A stretch of DNA of 64,000 bases from Escherichia phage HMD-9: the sequence record PV287714.1, one strand, 5' to 3'. Both the position numbers and the translations under genes were made by a program. The notes beneath the pieces were generated by a model. The model had not been told where the DNA came from. It saw only the letters and a list, made by a program, of their open reading frames with translations, and did no database searches. Position 1 is the first letter of the stretch; each line of letters starts with the position of its first letter. Below, one piece after another: positions 8,665-18,350 of this stretch.

Positions 8665-10478
8665 TGGTGTTTAACCCTATGCATGATTTCTTTATTTTTG
8701 CCGAGATTAAATCCGCGTTCATTCGGATTTCCCAAATAACCACAAGTTCTTCTTATTGTGTTCATCTTTTTAGGATCAGTTTCTCCACAAATAGAACAAA
8801 CAAATCCGTTTTCAGTAGGAGTCATTTCATGGGTACTTCCACATGTAAAACATTTATCTACTGGCATATTAACACCAAAATAATCTAAATGTTGTGCAGC
8901 ATAATCCCATACAGCCTCAAGACCTTTTAGGTTATTTTTCATATCAGGAAGTTCAACATAAGAAATGTGACCACCTGTCGCAATGAAATGATATGGGGCT
9001 TCTCGAGAAATCTTTTCAAACGGAGTGATATTTTCTTCTACTGAAACGTGGAAACTATTAGTGTACCATCCTTTATCAGTAACATCCTTTACACTTCCAT
9101 ATTTCTCGGTATCAAGTTTACAGAAGCGATAACAAAGGTTTTCAGCAGGTGTAGAATACAAGCTAAAAGCAAAACCGGTTCTTTCAGTCCACTGCTTAAG
9201 ACGAGCATTCATTTTAGTTAAAATTTCCTGTCCAATATCACGACCGACAAGAATATTCAATTCGTGAATACCAATGTATCCTAGGGACACTGAACTTCTA
9301 CCGTTTTTAAATAACTCAATTATGTCGTCGTCAGGTTTAAGACGAACCCCGAATGCACCTTCTTGGTAAAGAATAGGAGCAACAGTCGCTTTAACTCCTT
9401 TTAAGGAACTAATTCTACACATCAAGGCTTCAAAACACAGGTCCATTCGCTCATCAAACAATTCAGTAAATTTCTGTTCATTGAACTGTGTTCCAATATA
9501 AGAATCTAACGCGATACGAGGAAGATTCAGTGTTACAACGCCAAGATTATTACGTCCATCAAGAATTTCATTACCGGTTGAATCTTTCCATACGCTCAAA
9601 AAACTACGGCAACCCATTGGAGAAACAGGAACAGATGAACCAGTGATAGCTTTATTATTCTTAACTGAAATAATATCAGGATACATTCTTTTGCTTGCGC
9701 ATTCTAAAGCAAGCTGCTTAATATCATAGTTCGGGTCGTCTTTATAAAGATTAACACCTTCTTCAACGAACATAACAAGTTTAGGGAAAATAGGAGTTAT
9801 CCCATCACGACCAAGACCTTTAATGCGGTTTTTAAGAATTGCTTTCTGAATCATTCGTTCAGTCCAGTCAGTTCCCGTACCAAATGTAATTGTTACAAAA
9901 GGCGTCTGTCCGTTTGAACTAAAGAGAGTATTTACTTCATATTCATAAGCTTGGAACGCATCGTATACGTCTTTTTCTGTTTTAGATTGGGCATAATTCA
10001 ATGCATCTGCGATTTGCCATTTTTCCGCGTCCTCAATATGTTTTGCGTAGGTGCGTTTAACATAAGGAGAAAGTACTTTATCTACATTCGCAAAAGTCGT
10101 TCCGCCATATTGATGAGAAGCAACCTGTGCAGTAATTTGTGCCATAATTGCAGTAGCAACGCCGATTGATTTAGGAGTTTCAATCTGTGCATTACCGAGC
10201 TTAAATCCATTCTCAAGCATTCCTTTTAAATCTACTAAACAGCAATTAGTAAATGGAAGAGCAGGGGAATAATCAATATCATGGAAATGAATAATTCCGC
10301 TTTCATGCGCTTTCATAATAAAAGACGGGACCATATTTTTGGCAATGTGTTTAGACACAATACCAGCCATAAGGTCCCGTTGAGTTGGAAAAACACGAGA
10401 ATCTTTATTAGCATTCTCGTTTAAAAGGTCTTTATTAGTTTTATGAATCAATCCTTCAATTTCTTTTTCAATTGTCAT
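8661..10478 (-). CDS. nrdD: anaerobic ribonucleoside-triphosphate reductase (glycyl radical enzyme), uninterrupted
   Basis: 605 aa; C-terminal Zn-ribbon CFTCGSTHE...CSICG and glycyl-radical motif RRTCGYLG. Confidence 0.93.
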   Translation of the reverse strand: MTIEKEIEGLIHKTNKDLLNENANKDSRVFPTQRDLMAGIVSKHIAKNMVPSFIMKAHESGIIHFHDIDYSPALPFTNCCLVDLKGMLENGFKLGNAQIETPKSIGVATAIMAQITAQVASHQYGGTTFANVDKVLSPYVKRTYAKHIEDAEKWQIADALNYAQSKTEKDVYDAFQAYEYEVNTLFSSNGQTPFVTITFGTGTDWTERMIQKAILKNRIKGLGRDGITPIFPKLVMFVEEGVNLYKDDPNYDIKQLALECASKRMYPDIISVKNNKAITGSSVPVSPMGCRSFLSVWKDSTGNEILDGRNNLGVVTLNLPRIALDSYIGTQFNEQKFTELFDERMDLCFEALMCRISSLKGVKATVAPILYQEGAFGVRLKPDDDIIELFKNGRSSVSLGYIGIHELNILVGRDIGQEILTKMNARLKQWTERTGFAFSLYSTPAENLCYRFCKLDTEKYGSVKDVTDKGWYTNSFHVSVEENITPFEKISREAPYHFIATGGHISYVELPDMKNNLKGLEAVWDYAAQHLDYFGVNMPVDKCFTCGSTHEMTPTENGFVCSICGETDPKKMNTIRRTCGYLGNPNERGFNLGKNKEIMHRVKHQ

Positions 10479-10948
10479 TTTAAACTCTTTCTAAGCTGCT
10501 TCTTAAATGAAGCTATTAATTGTGTTTTGGTGTCAGATTCATTATATTCAAATCCTCTTTGAAGCATCTCAGCCATCATTTCCTCTTTTCCTAAACGAGA
10601 AAATTCCTTTGATTTATCTCCAACAAAGTTAGGGTGAATATTATTTTGGGTGTAATCGGATTTTAAATAAGTAAGTAAATTTTCTAACCATTCAAGATAA
10701 TCAACACCTTGTCCCTTTAAGCCAGAACGATTAAATTTATGCTTCATTTGACCTTCTGCAGCATTACAGAGATTACATAGCAACCCACGTACCTTTCCTG
10801 CTTTTGGTCCATTTAATTCATGGTCATGGTCAAGGTGATTAGCTTGAACATCAGGATTTAATTCTCGTTGGCAAATTAAGCATTTACCGTTTTGTGCATT
10901 ATAAAATTTTTGTTTTTCTTCTTTGTATAATTTGCCAGTCAATAACAT
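10475..10948 (-). CDS. 49: endonuclease VII (Holliday junction resolvase)
   Basis: 157 aa; MLLTGKLYKEEKQKFY...CLICQREL...HLDHDH matches recalled T4 gp49. Confidence 0.9.
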   Translation of the reverse strand: MLLTGKLYKEEKQKFYNAQNGKCLICQRELNPDVQANHLDHDHELNGPKAGKVRGLLCNLCNAAEGQMKHKFNRSGLKGQGVDYLEWLENLLTYLKSDYTQNNIHPNFVGDKSKEFSRLGKEEMMAEMLQRGFEYNESDTKTQLIASFKKQLRKSLK

Positions 10949-10979
10949 AATAAAACCCTTACCTTAAATAGATAAGGGT
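10949..10979 (-). terminator. stem-loop with U-run between small ORF and gene 49
   Basis: ACCCTTA...TAAGGGT inverted repeat followed by UUUUAUU on minus strand. Confidence 0.45.
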
Positions 10980-10991
10980 ATTTATTATTTT

Positions 10992-11168
10992 TCAAGTATT
11001 GTAAAACATTCGATGCAATCGCTTATATTGCCGAATCATCTTTTTAGTAGGACGAGAATAAGTTCCTACACAAGTGGTCATATTAGGGTCTGTAGAATTT
11101 CCTTTAATAAAAAGTTTCCAAACCTTACCACCATTTAACTTTTCAGTATAAATCAATTCAGTTTTCAT
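10992..11168 (-). CDS. small hypothetical protein (58 aa, MKTELIYTEKLNGGKVWKLF...)
   Basis: Manual translation; ATG overlaps stop of upstream ORF (TAATG). Confidence 0.35.
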   Translation of the reverse strand: MKTELIYTEKLNGGKVWKLFIKGNSTDPNMTTCVGTYSRPTKKMIRQYKRLHRMFYNT

Positions 11169-11632
11169 TAAAATGCTCGGTCAGAAAAAGAAATTTGAGT
11201 TTCAAGCCATTCAATATATTCTGCCGCAGCTTGCATCAGGTTACCTTCATAACCATCGTTATTTTCTTGCGCAGCTAATTTAGCTAATGCATATGAAATG
11301 CGTTCACCCTGAAAAGCGGCTTTAGGTTTATGAATAGCTTGATCAACTCGTTCTACGACTTCTTCAATTTCGCCGTTTTCTACTGATTCAGTATTCCATA
11401 GGCACCAATATGTAATTGGCTTATCATAGATGTTAATAACCTTTCCGTCAGAAAGTTCAATTTCAATAATTCCAGTATCAGGTTCTATATCATCTTCACA
11501 TTCTTTCGCAAGTTCACGAACTTTAAAGACAGTACCTGCACTAAGTTCTGGCCAGTAATTACACAACCCTTTATCAGCACGATTAATTCTAAACCACTTA
11601 TCTACTGTAATCATGTCCCATCTCCATATCAA
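11168..11632 (-). CDS. hypothetical protein (position corresponds to T4 49.x/pin region)
   Basis: ORF track 154 aa. Confidence 0.55.
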   Translation of the reverse strand: MIWRWDMITVDKWFRINRADKGLCNYWPELSAGTVFKVRELAKECEDDIEPDTGIIEIELSDGKVINIYDKPITYWCLWNTESVENGEIEEVVERVDQAIHKPKAAFQGERISYALAKLAAQENNDGYEGNLMQAAAEYIEWLETQISFSDRAF

Positions 11633-11736
11633 TTATGTCATTTATTGTAGGTTCATTATATACTGTTTCTTCATCAGTGTAAACCGGTTCTTCCGGCTCT
11701 GGCTCTACAGTTTCCCATCTAACCGCCCACCAGGGT

Positions 11737-11907
11737 TTAACCCCGAAGCTTATTAAGTTCTTCATAATCAATCCAGGATTCTAATCCTGATGGCAAATCA
11801 GATTCAATTTCCCAAAGAAGCTCTTCAATTTTCTGAAGACGATCTAATTCTTCAGCTGGAATAGTAACCATTGACGGAGTTCTTGATACACTAATATCGT
11901 AAATCAT
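11737..11907 (-). CDS. hypothetical small protein
   Basis: ORF track frame 11737..11946; start placed at ATG after upstream stop. Confidence 0.4.
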   Translation of the reverse strand: MIYDISVSRTPSMVTIPAEELDRLQKIEELLWEIESDLPSGLESWIDYEELNKLRG

Positions 11908-11909
11908 AT

Positions 11910-12125
11910 TTACCCCAGTTTGACCATACAATCGCCGTATTTCCATTTAGAAATAGACTTTTCACCATTAGAATAATAAACTTCGAGTTTAGCACGATTA
12001 TTTTTAATTTGAATAACCTTTGCTGTCATCAAAGTTCCATACCCGTAATAAACTGCAACCTCATCACCTACATATACCGCGCTTCCGCGGTAGTCATGGA
12101 TATAATCAGTTCCTTCAAGCATCAT
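11910..12125 (-). CDS. hypothetical protein
   Basis: ORF track 71 aa; ATGA overlap with nrdC stop. Confidence 0.5.
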   Translation of the reverse strand: MMLEGTDYIHDYRGSAVYVGDEVAVYYGYGTLMTAKVIQIKNNRAKLEVYYSNGEKSISKWKYGDCMVKLG

Positions 12126-12385
12126 TTAAAGTATTCCCGCAATTGGTCAAATCCACCAATATGACTTCCATCAGGAGCAAATACCTGAGGCATCGTCAAA
12201 CCAATTTGAGTATCACGACCAAGTTTAGTCAGAAGCTCAGCGATTTTCTCATCATCAAAAACACCTTTTTCTGGCATAATGTTGATAAATTCAAACGGCT
12301 GTTTCTTCACAGTCAAGAGACGTTTTGCATTATCGCAATACACACATTTATGGATGTTGCTATCATAACCATATACTTTAAACAT
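12122..12385 (-). CDS. nrdC: phage thioredoxin/glutaredoxin
   Basis: 87 aa; CVYC redox motif; matches recalled T4 NrdC. Confidence 0.88.
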   Translation of the reverse strand: MFKVYGYDSNIHKCVYCDNAKRLLTVKKQPFEFINIMPEKGVFDDEKIAELLTKLGRDTQIGLTMPQVFAPDGSHIGGFDQLREYFK

Positions 12386-12386
12386 A

Positions 12387-12629
12387 TTATTCCTTAATTC
12401 CTAGTACTTGTTTAAAAGTCTCGTCGTAATCAAGACTTTGGCCCGTTTGTTCTTTATGTTTGTATATAATATCACTTACTTCTGATAGCATATTTTTATA
12501 TGAACGAGTTAAAGCAGATTTAAGCACACTATATCTATCAGGAAATTTACCATGTTCATTATAATAAGCTATTGCTAATTCACGGACTGCCTTTTCAGCA
12601 GTCTCCATATATTCTTTACGCTTTGTCAT
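12387..12629 (-). CDS. hypothetical protein
   Basis: ORF track 80 aa. Confidence 0.5.
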
Positions 12630-12698
12630 TTTCTTCTCGGTTAAATCGGTGTTTGCAATGACGGCATTTATAACGAAGATTACTAGTCTGCCAATGGA

Positions 12699-12932
12699 CT
12701 AATTGAACCTGTTCAGTACCGCATTTTGGACAGTTCGGAACATTCTTAGAAGACCTTTCGCGACGTTCAACCATAGCCATAATAGCATCCAAGCAGGAGG
12801 TTTAAAGTCTAGATCGTCACAACCATGAATCTTTCCGCGCATTTCTAGATCGTCTTCTTCACCAGCCATAATAATTTTAATTAGACTGGAATTACTTGAA
12901 GCTGCAATATCTTCTAATAAACGCTTTTTCAT
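12699..12932 (-). CDS. hypothetical protein
   Basis: ORF track 77 aa; ATGA overlap with upstream gene. Confidence 0.4.
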   Translation of the reverse strand: MKKRLLEDIAASSNSSLIKIIMAGEEDDLEMRGKIHGCDDLDFKPPAWMLLWLWLNVAKGLLRMFRTVQNAVLNRFN

Positions 12933-13855
12933 TTCAGTACCTCAATAGCATCACGTAAACCATTTGCTTTTGCATTAAGAGCTTTTAACAATTTGGTATG
13001 TTCGGCAATCTGGGCTTCAACTTCAATCAAACGGGCACTGAGATATTCGCGTTCTTCTTTCATAGTATCATTCCCATGATTAGGCTTTGGCGTAGGTTTA
13101 AATTTACTAGGGTCCTTTAACTTAATAACAACTTTAGTTTCAAACAGTGAAAGACCATAATTCGTATTATCGTCAAAGGATTCAACTACGTCCATTTTAG
13201 ACAATAACGTACGAAGATTATAAGTCAAAGAACGAATCGTTTTATTATGTTTATTAGCTTCACGCGGTTTCATATATGGAAGATTTTTATATATTTCATG
13301 CGGAGCACAAACAATAATTGACAATTCAAATGGTCCATTCTGTGATGATGGAATAAATTTAGCCGTAACCCAATCTTTTACATTTACATTAATAGTACGG
13401 TCATCGCCATGACAAAACAGTCTACGAGAATGCTTAAAAAGCATATTCACATTATTATTAAATTCATGTGAAAACTCACTAGCAAATTTTTCTTTACTAT
13501 TTTTAGAAAACCATTCTTCTAAATAAGTTCTTTTCACGTCATTAATAATATTAAATGTAACAACATTAGCATTTGATACATTAGTCTCAATGTAGCTTGG
13601 ATACATAAATTTTTTAACATTATTAACAGCTATTACAGAAGATAGTAATCGGGAACGTTTGAACCACTCTAGCAAAGAACCAAGAGAATGTGAATATGCA
13701 TTTTGTGTATCTTTACAAATATGGTTTTCCCATCCAATATAGTCTAAAAAATCACGAAGAATATTATTGATTACTGCTCTATGTCCTATCTGATAATTAC
13801 GATGTTTAGTAATAAGACTGTCAAAATAATCAATATAATGTTTACGAGTTTTCAT
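12929..13855 (-). CDS. paralog family member 1: globular N-domain, KP-rich linker, C-terminal coiled coil
   Basis: 308 aa; shared core motif (SLTYNLRTLLSKMDVV) and C-terminal heptad segment with the three neighbouring genes. Confidence 0.6.
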   Translation of the reverse strand: MKTRKHYIDYFDSLITKHRNYQIGHRAVINNILRDFLDYIGWENHICKDTQNAYSHSLGSLLEWFKRSRLLSSVIAVNNVKKFMYPSYIETNVSNANVVTFNIINDVKRTYLEEWFSKNSKEKFASEFSHEFNNNVNMLFKHSRRLFCHGDDRTINVNVKDWVTAKFIPSSQNGPFELSIIVCAPHEIYKNLPYMKPREANKHNKTIRSLTYNLRTLLSKMDVVESFDDNTNYGLSLFETKVVIKLKDPSKFKPTPKPNHGNDTMKEEREYLSARLIEVEAQIAEHTKLLKALNAKANGLRDAIEVLK

Positions 13856-13907
13856 GTTCTTCTCACTTGGTTAATGATTTATACTCCGAGCCATCCTTGG
13901 CTTTAAA

Positions 13908-14909
13908 TTACTTAATTAACTGTAAAGCTTGTTCAAGACGATCCAGACGATTAACAGATTCTTCCCAAATCCTTTTAGCCTGCTCATATTCTTTCTGCGC
14001 TTTATTAGAAATTTCTAGAACTTCTTTATAAGCCTTTTCTAGTGCAATAACTTCTGGACGAATTTCTACAGGTTCAGGCGAATCATCAAGATTATCCATT
14101 AGTTCCTCAAGTGTAATTTCTTCTTTAGGAGTATTCACAATTTCATCACATTTTTGTTGGTAAATTTCTTTATCAGTCGGTGAGTACGCACATTTCACTT
14201 CACGAAGACTAACTACAATTTTATATCCTTCCCAACCGCATATATTCTTAAAAGGATACGTATGAATATTTTCTACTGTTTCCATACAAAGTAATGCGGT
14301 TTCTAATTGACGAGTTATAGTGCTAGCAATTGAGAAAAATTTATTAATGTTCTTTTGGTTAGTTTCTGGTGTAAAAAATCCATAATTCACAAAAATAGAT
14401 ACTTTATTTTTATCAAGTTCATATTCTTTTATGATAATCATATCAGAAGCCAAAGGATGAATTTGACGATAATCGCCATAACATAATTTAGAAGCTGATT
14501 TTAGAATCTGTCCTTTGAAAAGTCTGAAATTACTAATCCAACGACGAGTAAAAATATTCTCAGGGTCTTCTTTATTATTAAGATGATAAGAATTATCATC
14601 ACCGAACCAATTATATCCTACTACATCTTTGGTTCGTTTAATTTCTTTCCCAAAATTACCAAGAATATCCCGATTAACCAAATATGAAAGAAGACGAGAC
14701 TCTTTAAAGGTTTTCTTGATAACATCTTTATCTACACGACTAGAAATTTTACGAATTTCATGAATAAATTTAGTAGAAGAAACAATACCTGCATCAACAC
14801 TATTGAGCCATTGATTGATAATAGAAATAACGCTATTTTGACCAAACATCGGTATAGCTTTATCATCAATAACACTATTGAATGATTTGATATATTCGTT
14901 ACGAGTCAT
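13908..14909 (-). CDS. paralog family member 2 (start at MTRNEY downstream of early promoter)
   Basis: ORF track frame 13908..14960; ATG 14909 preceded by AGGAG; C-terminal coiled coil. Confidence 0.6.
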   Translation of the reverse strand: MTRNEYIKSFNSVIDDKAIPMFGQNSVISIINQWLNSVDAGIVSSTKFIHEIRKISSRVDKDVIKKTFKESRLLSYLVNRDILGNFGKEIKRTKDVVGYNWFGDDNSYHLNNKEDPENIFTRRWISNFRLFKGQILKSASKLCYGDYRQIHPLASDMIIIKEYELDKNKVSIFVNYGFFTPETNQKNINKFFSIASTITRQLETALLCMETVENIHTYPFKNICGWEGYKIVVSLREVKCAYSPTDKEIYQQKCDEIVNTPKEEITLEELMDNLDDSPEPVEIRPEVIALEKAYKEVLEISNKAQKEYEQAKRIWEESVNRLDRLEQALQLIK

Positions 14910-14937
14910 ATTAATCTCCTCAGTAGAAAGTAAGAAC

Positions 14938-14967
14938 ATTATACCACATCCTTGTGGCAAAGTAAAC
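14938..14967 (-). promoter_or_regulatory. T4-type early promoter (GTTTAC-N18-TATAAT)
   Basis: Reverse complement reads GTTTACtttgccacaaggatgtggTATAAT. Confidence 0.55.
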
Positions 14968-15995
14968 TAGTTCAGTGCATTTAGTGCATTGTTCAGTTTA
15001 GAACGTTGCTTTGTCAGATTTTGAACCCTTGACTGAGCTTGTTCTAACACCTTTTCAGCTTCTAGCACTTCATTGGTCGCTTTAACGAGTTCATCATCTA
15101 CTGCCTTAAGAGACTTCTCAATCGCGTCAGCGTGCCATTTTTCTACAGGTTTAAAATTTGAATTTTCAGTAGGAAGAAAACTCACTTTATTAAGTTTACA
15201 TGCATCTATATTGCTTGAGCTATACATCCAAAATTTAGGATCGTTTGATGAGTAATTGGATAAATTTAAATTTAAGTTATCTTGCACTTCCTGCTTTTTC
15301 TCTTGCGTGACTTCGTCCTTTCTCAAAAAATCGTATTTAAATGAAACGATCATATCAAGTTCATACGTTGTTGTATGTTCCCAATTTCGCTCAAAACGAG
15401 GTAAAATCTTAGATTGAACAGCAGCAACAACATCCATATACTTAAATGCTTCTGTCAGCTGTGATTTAAGACATTCACAAATTGAAAGAGAATTTTTTGT
15501 ATTAGGTTTAAAGCTAATTCGTGCAGTTCTATTATTTTCTTTTAATGGTCTTACTTCCATCTGAAGAGTATAACCATCAAATTTCAGGTTCTTTAAGTTA
15601 ATGTCAGAACCTTTTAATCGACTAGCCGTCGACAAAATTTGCTTTAATTGTCTACGGAACAGAGCAATAAATCTCCATTCAATACGATAATGATTTGGAT
15701 TGAAAAATCCAGATGATAAATCGACCTTACTTTGACCAACGCCTTGAACAAATAGAGGATTTTTATAATCAATAGTTTTACAGAAATCGGTGAGCTGCTC
15801 ACGAGCCGTCATTTGCGTAATATACCCCGCTTTACTAAAATGACGTAACCATTCACTGCTATTCGTATACTTAAAGTGATGAATAACACGATTAACTTTA
15901 TCAGGGTCTAAATTATTTTCACACAAAAATGTCATAACATTACGAGTATAGCTGGCATTACGAACCATATCTTCAATTTGAGAACGAGTTTTCAT
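14967..15995 (-). CDS. paralog family member 3
   Basis: 342 aa; motif LSICECLKSQLTEAFKYMDVV and C-terminal coiled coil. Confidence 0.6.
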   Translation of the reverse strand: MKTRSQIEDMVRNASYTRNVMTFLCENNLDPDKVNRVIHHFKYTNSSEWLRHFSKAGYITQMTAREQLTDFCKTIDYKNPLFVQGVGQSKVDLSSGFFNPNHYRIEWRFIALFRRQLKQILSTASRLKGSDINLKNLKFDGYTLQMEVRPLKENNRTARISFKPNTKNSLSICECLKSQLTEAFKYMDVVAAVQSKILPRFERNWEHTTTYELDMIVSFKYDFLRKDEVTQEKKQEVQDNLNLNLSNYSSNDPKFWMYSSSNIDACKLNKVSFLPTENSNFKPVEKWHADAIEKSLKAVDDELVKATNEVLEAEKVLEQAQSRVQNLTKQRSKLNNALNALN

Positions 15996-16003
15996 GGTGT
16001 TCC

Positions 16004-16909
16004 TTAAGATTTAAGTAAATCAACAATTTTAATTAACTTTTCACGCTCAGATTTAGCTTTACTACTCAATCCAGATAGTCTGAAAATTTCATCGTCATAT
16101 TGTTGAATAGAAATATTCAGCTCTTCAATCTGCTTATTAAAATAATCAATTTGTTCAGAATGTTTTTCGTTACTACGAACTGGTACAGGTTTTGCAGGCA
16201 ATGTAGTTGAACTGGATTCATTCGGGCGATAAATTAAAATACAACTTGAACCAATAGGGCATTTTGCACCAGATGAATATTCTAATGTTCCAGCTTCTTT
16301 TAAAACTTCAAAAGCTAAACAGAGATGATGCCCCATATTAACATAATCTGTAGAGTGAGCTCTGATGTAATAATCATCGCCACGAATACTAAATTTAAAG
16401 CATTTAAGGTCTTCTGTATTATTGGTCTTAAAAATCATTTGTTTATCTAGACCTTTAGCTAATCGAGCGCCCAATGCTAATAATCGTCGTTGATTTTCCC
16501 ACAAATCCGCAATCATTTGATCGAATGATAATTTTGGCATCAGTCGACCATAAAGGTCATATCCTTTATTATAATTACGAAGAATTTCACTCGCATTAAT
16601 ACGAGACAACGCTCCAATTTTATTAAGGGCTTTCATAATGCGATTAGATAAACTCATTCCAGACCCATTTGTTCGCTGTAAATGTTTTTCTAATCCAAAT
16701 CCAATATCAACTTTAAACTTATCTAAAATTTCTGCATGAACATCTCTGTCAATAACATTCAAATCCAAAGTTGGGTTAAATCTATGAAAAAATTTATCTG
16801 GCTCTCCACGGCGAAATACAGTCCATTCATTCATCATTTTTTTATTAGCTAAAGATTTAATTACTGCATTGACATTATTAATTACTACTGACATATTTTC
16901 CTCACTCAA
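16004..16909 (-). CDS. paralog family member 4
   Basis: 301 aa; PAKPVPV linker then coiled-coil C-terminus. Confidence 0.6.
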   Translation of the reverse strand: MSEENMSVVINNVNAVIKSLANKKMMNEWTVFRRGEPDKFFHRFNPTLDLNVIDRDVHAEILDKFKVDIGFGLEKHLQRTNGSGMSLSNRIMKALNKIGALSRINASEILRNYNKGYDLYGRLMPKLSFDQMIADLWENQRRLLALGARLAKGLDKQMIFKTNNTEDLKCFKFSIRGDDYYIRAHSTDYVNMGHHLCLAFEVLKEAGTLEYSSGAKCPIGSSCILIYRPNESSSTTLPAKPVPVRSNEKHSEQIDYFNKQIEELNISIQQYDDEIFRLSGLSSKAKSEREKLIKIVDLLKS

Positions 16910-17303
16910 TTTTACTAATTATGCGGAATATGATTGAACAGACTATATAAGTACCACACACAGATTGAACTAATACCATTCCAAAGAACCAAACAATATT
17001 ATCAAACAATGTCTGTTTTACGTCGAAAGGACGTAAACTTACAGTAATATTATCACCTTTTTCTATTGAAGAATACATCTCTGGGAAAATATATTCACTA
17101 AATCTATAACCGTCTTTGAGTTCATATACGGCAATAAACGATAAACTAGACCCTTTTCCTTGTGTTCCTGTAATGGTATTAACTACAGTAACATCATAAT
17201 CTTTATAATGCATATAATCATTAATAGCATAATAACCGTATGCAACTACTACGCATAAACAACATATCAATAAATTCAATCTTTTAATTATCAACTGTTT
17301 CAT
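16902..17303 (-). CDS. membrane protein (N- and C-terminal TM segments)
   Basis: ORF track 133 aa; hydrophobic termini. Confidence 0.55.
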   Translation of the reverse strand: MKQLIIKRLNLLICCLCVVVAYGYYAINDYMHYKDYDVTVVNTITGTQGKGSSLSFIAVYELKDGYRFSEYIFPEMYSSIEKGDNITVSLRPFDVKQTLFDNIVWFFGMVLVQSVCGTYIVCSIIFRIISKIE

Positions 17304-17358
17304 AATAATCTCAATTAAAAGGGCTTAGAACCATTATACCATCCTTGATATAAAGCGA

Positions 17359-17886
17359 TTATGCGAGTACCGTCTTTAACCGTTCTTCAAACTTCCGAAG
17401 AGTATTTTGGCGTTCAGCTCTTTGCTTTTTGTAAGTTTCAATACGCTCTGAAATGAGAGTGTATCGTTCATTTACTGATTCTTTCATAAAATCAGGAATT
17501 TCACGAGAAGCTTTAATCTCATCAAATTTATCAATAACAGCTTGCTCTTCAGCAATTAAGTTATCATACATTAAAATATCTTTCTCGATGAACTCAATAT
17601 CTTCTTGAGTTACACGAGATAATTTAGATGCTTTATCCTTTTTGTACTGTTCGTTAGTATCACGAGACCAGTGTAATGTACGATTTTTATTCGTATTCTT
17701 GTAAATTTCTACAATACCAATTTCATCAATAATAACGATCCAATTCCAACGGGATTTGTAAATTTGTCCTCCATCAACAGTGATTTCACCTCCGATTGAG
17801 ATGTCGTTAAAGAACTTACTCTGTGCTTCAGATTTAAATTTACCATCGTTGTAATTTACCAAGTTGAAAATATCTTTAGCGTTCAT
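17359..17886 (-). CDS. hypothetical protein
   Basis: 175 aa; GGAGGA RBS and early promoter upstream. Confidence 0.6.
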   Translation of the reverse strand: MNAKDIFNLVNYNDGKFKSEAQSKFFNDISIGGEITVDGGQIYKSRWNWIVIIDEIGIVEIYKNTNKNRTLHWSRDTNEQYKKDKASKLSRVTQEDIEFIEKDILMYDNLIAEEQAVIDKFDEIKASREIPDFMKESVNERYTLISERIETYKKQRAERQNTLRKFEERLKTVLA

Positions 17887-17914
17887 TTTGTGTTCCTCCG
17901 TAGTTGATAGTTGT

Positions 17915-17944
17915 ATAGTACCACAGAGGAACAGTCTTGTAAAC
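17915..17944 (-). promoter_or_regulatory. T4-type early promoter (GTTTAC-N18-TACTAT)
   Basis: Reverse complement GTTTACaagactgttcctctgtggTACTAT; same cassette recurs at 19357 and 36100. Confidence 0.6.
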
Positions 17945-17946
17945 CA

Positions 17947-18261
17947 CTAAAAGAAACTTCTTTCACAATTTTTTCCACTGAACCATGCGCTTACCGCTTT
18001 CTTAGTCTTGGGAGCAGTGTTATCCATAAACCATTCAAAGGCAGCCTTTTTATGATTCTGGAGGGCTTCTCGGGCTTTAATCTGCTCACGGTCTATTAAC
18101 ACTAACATATGAGCCTTTCTTGTCACCATGGGCTTCTTATGATTTTTTGAATACTCCCAGTCATTTGTCCATCGCATTGTTGTTGCGAATTGAAATACAG
18201 CTTCTTTAATTTTAGTTTCGTAAATTTCACGAGCCTTTGAGTATAACATCACTACCTCCAT
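17947..18261 (-). CDS. hypothetical protein
   Basis: ORF track 104 aa. Confidence 0.5.
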   Translation of the reverse strand: MEVVMLYSKAREIYETKIKEAVFQFATTMRWTNDWEYSKNHKKPMVTRKAHMLVLIDREQIKAREALQNHKKAAFEWFMDNTAPKTKKAVSAWFSGKNCERSFF

Positions 18262-18350
18262 TCACCAGTTTAGTTCTAGTCATCTTTTTAATGGCAGTCC
18301 ATATAATCTATTTCTGAACTGCCTTTTTGTCATAGAAGTCCTCTTATGAA

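Noticed and set aside
18262-18350. Terminator after the AAA+-like ATPase gene
   Set aside because: The GGCAGT…ACTGCC inverted repeat has a 19-nt loop and its T-run is on the plus strand, opposite to the gene; it does not fit a minus-strand terminator
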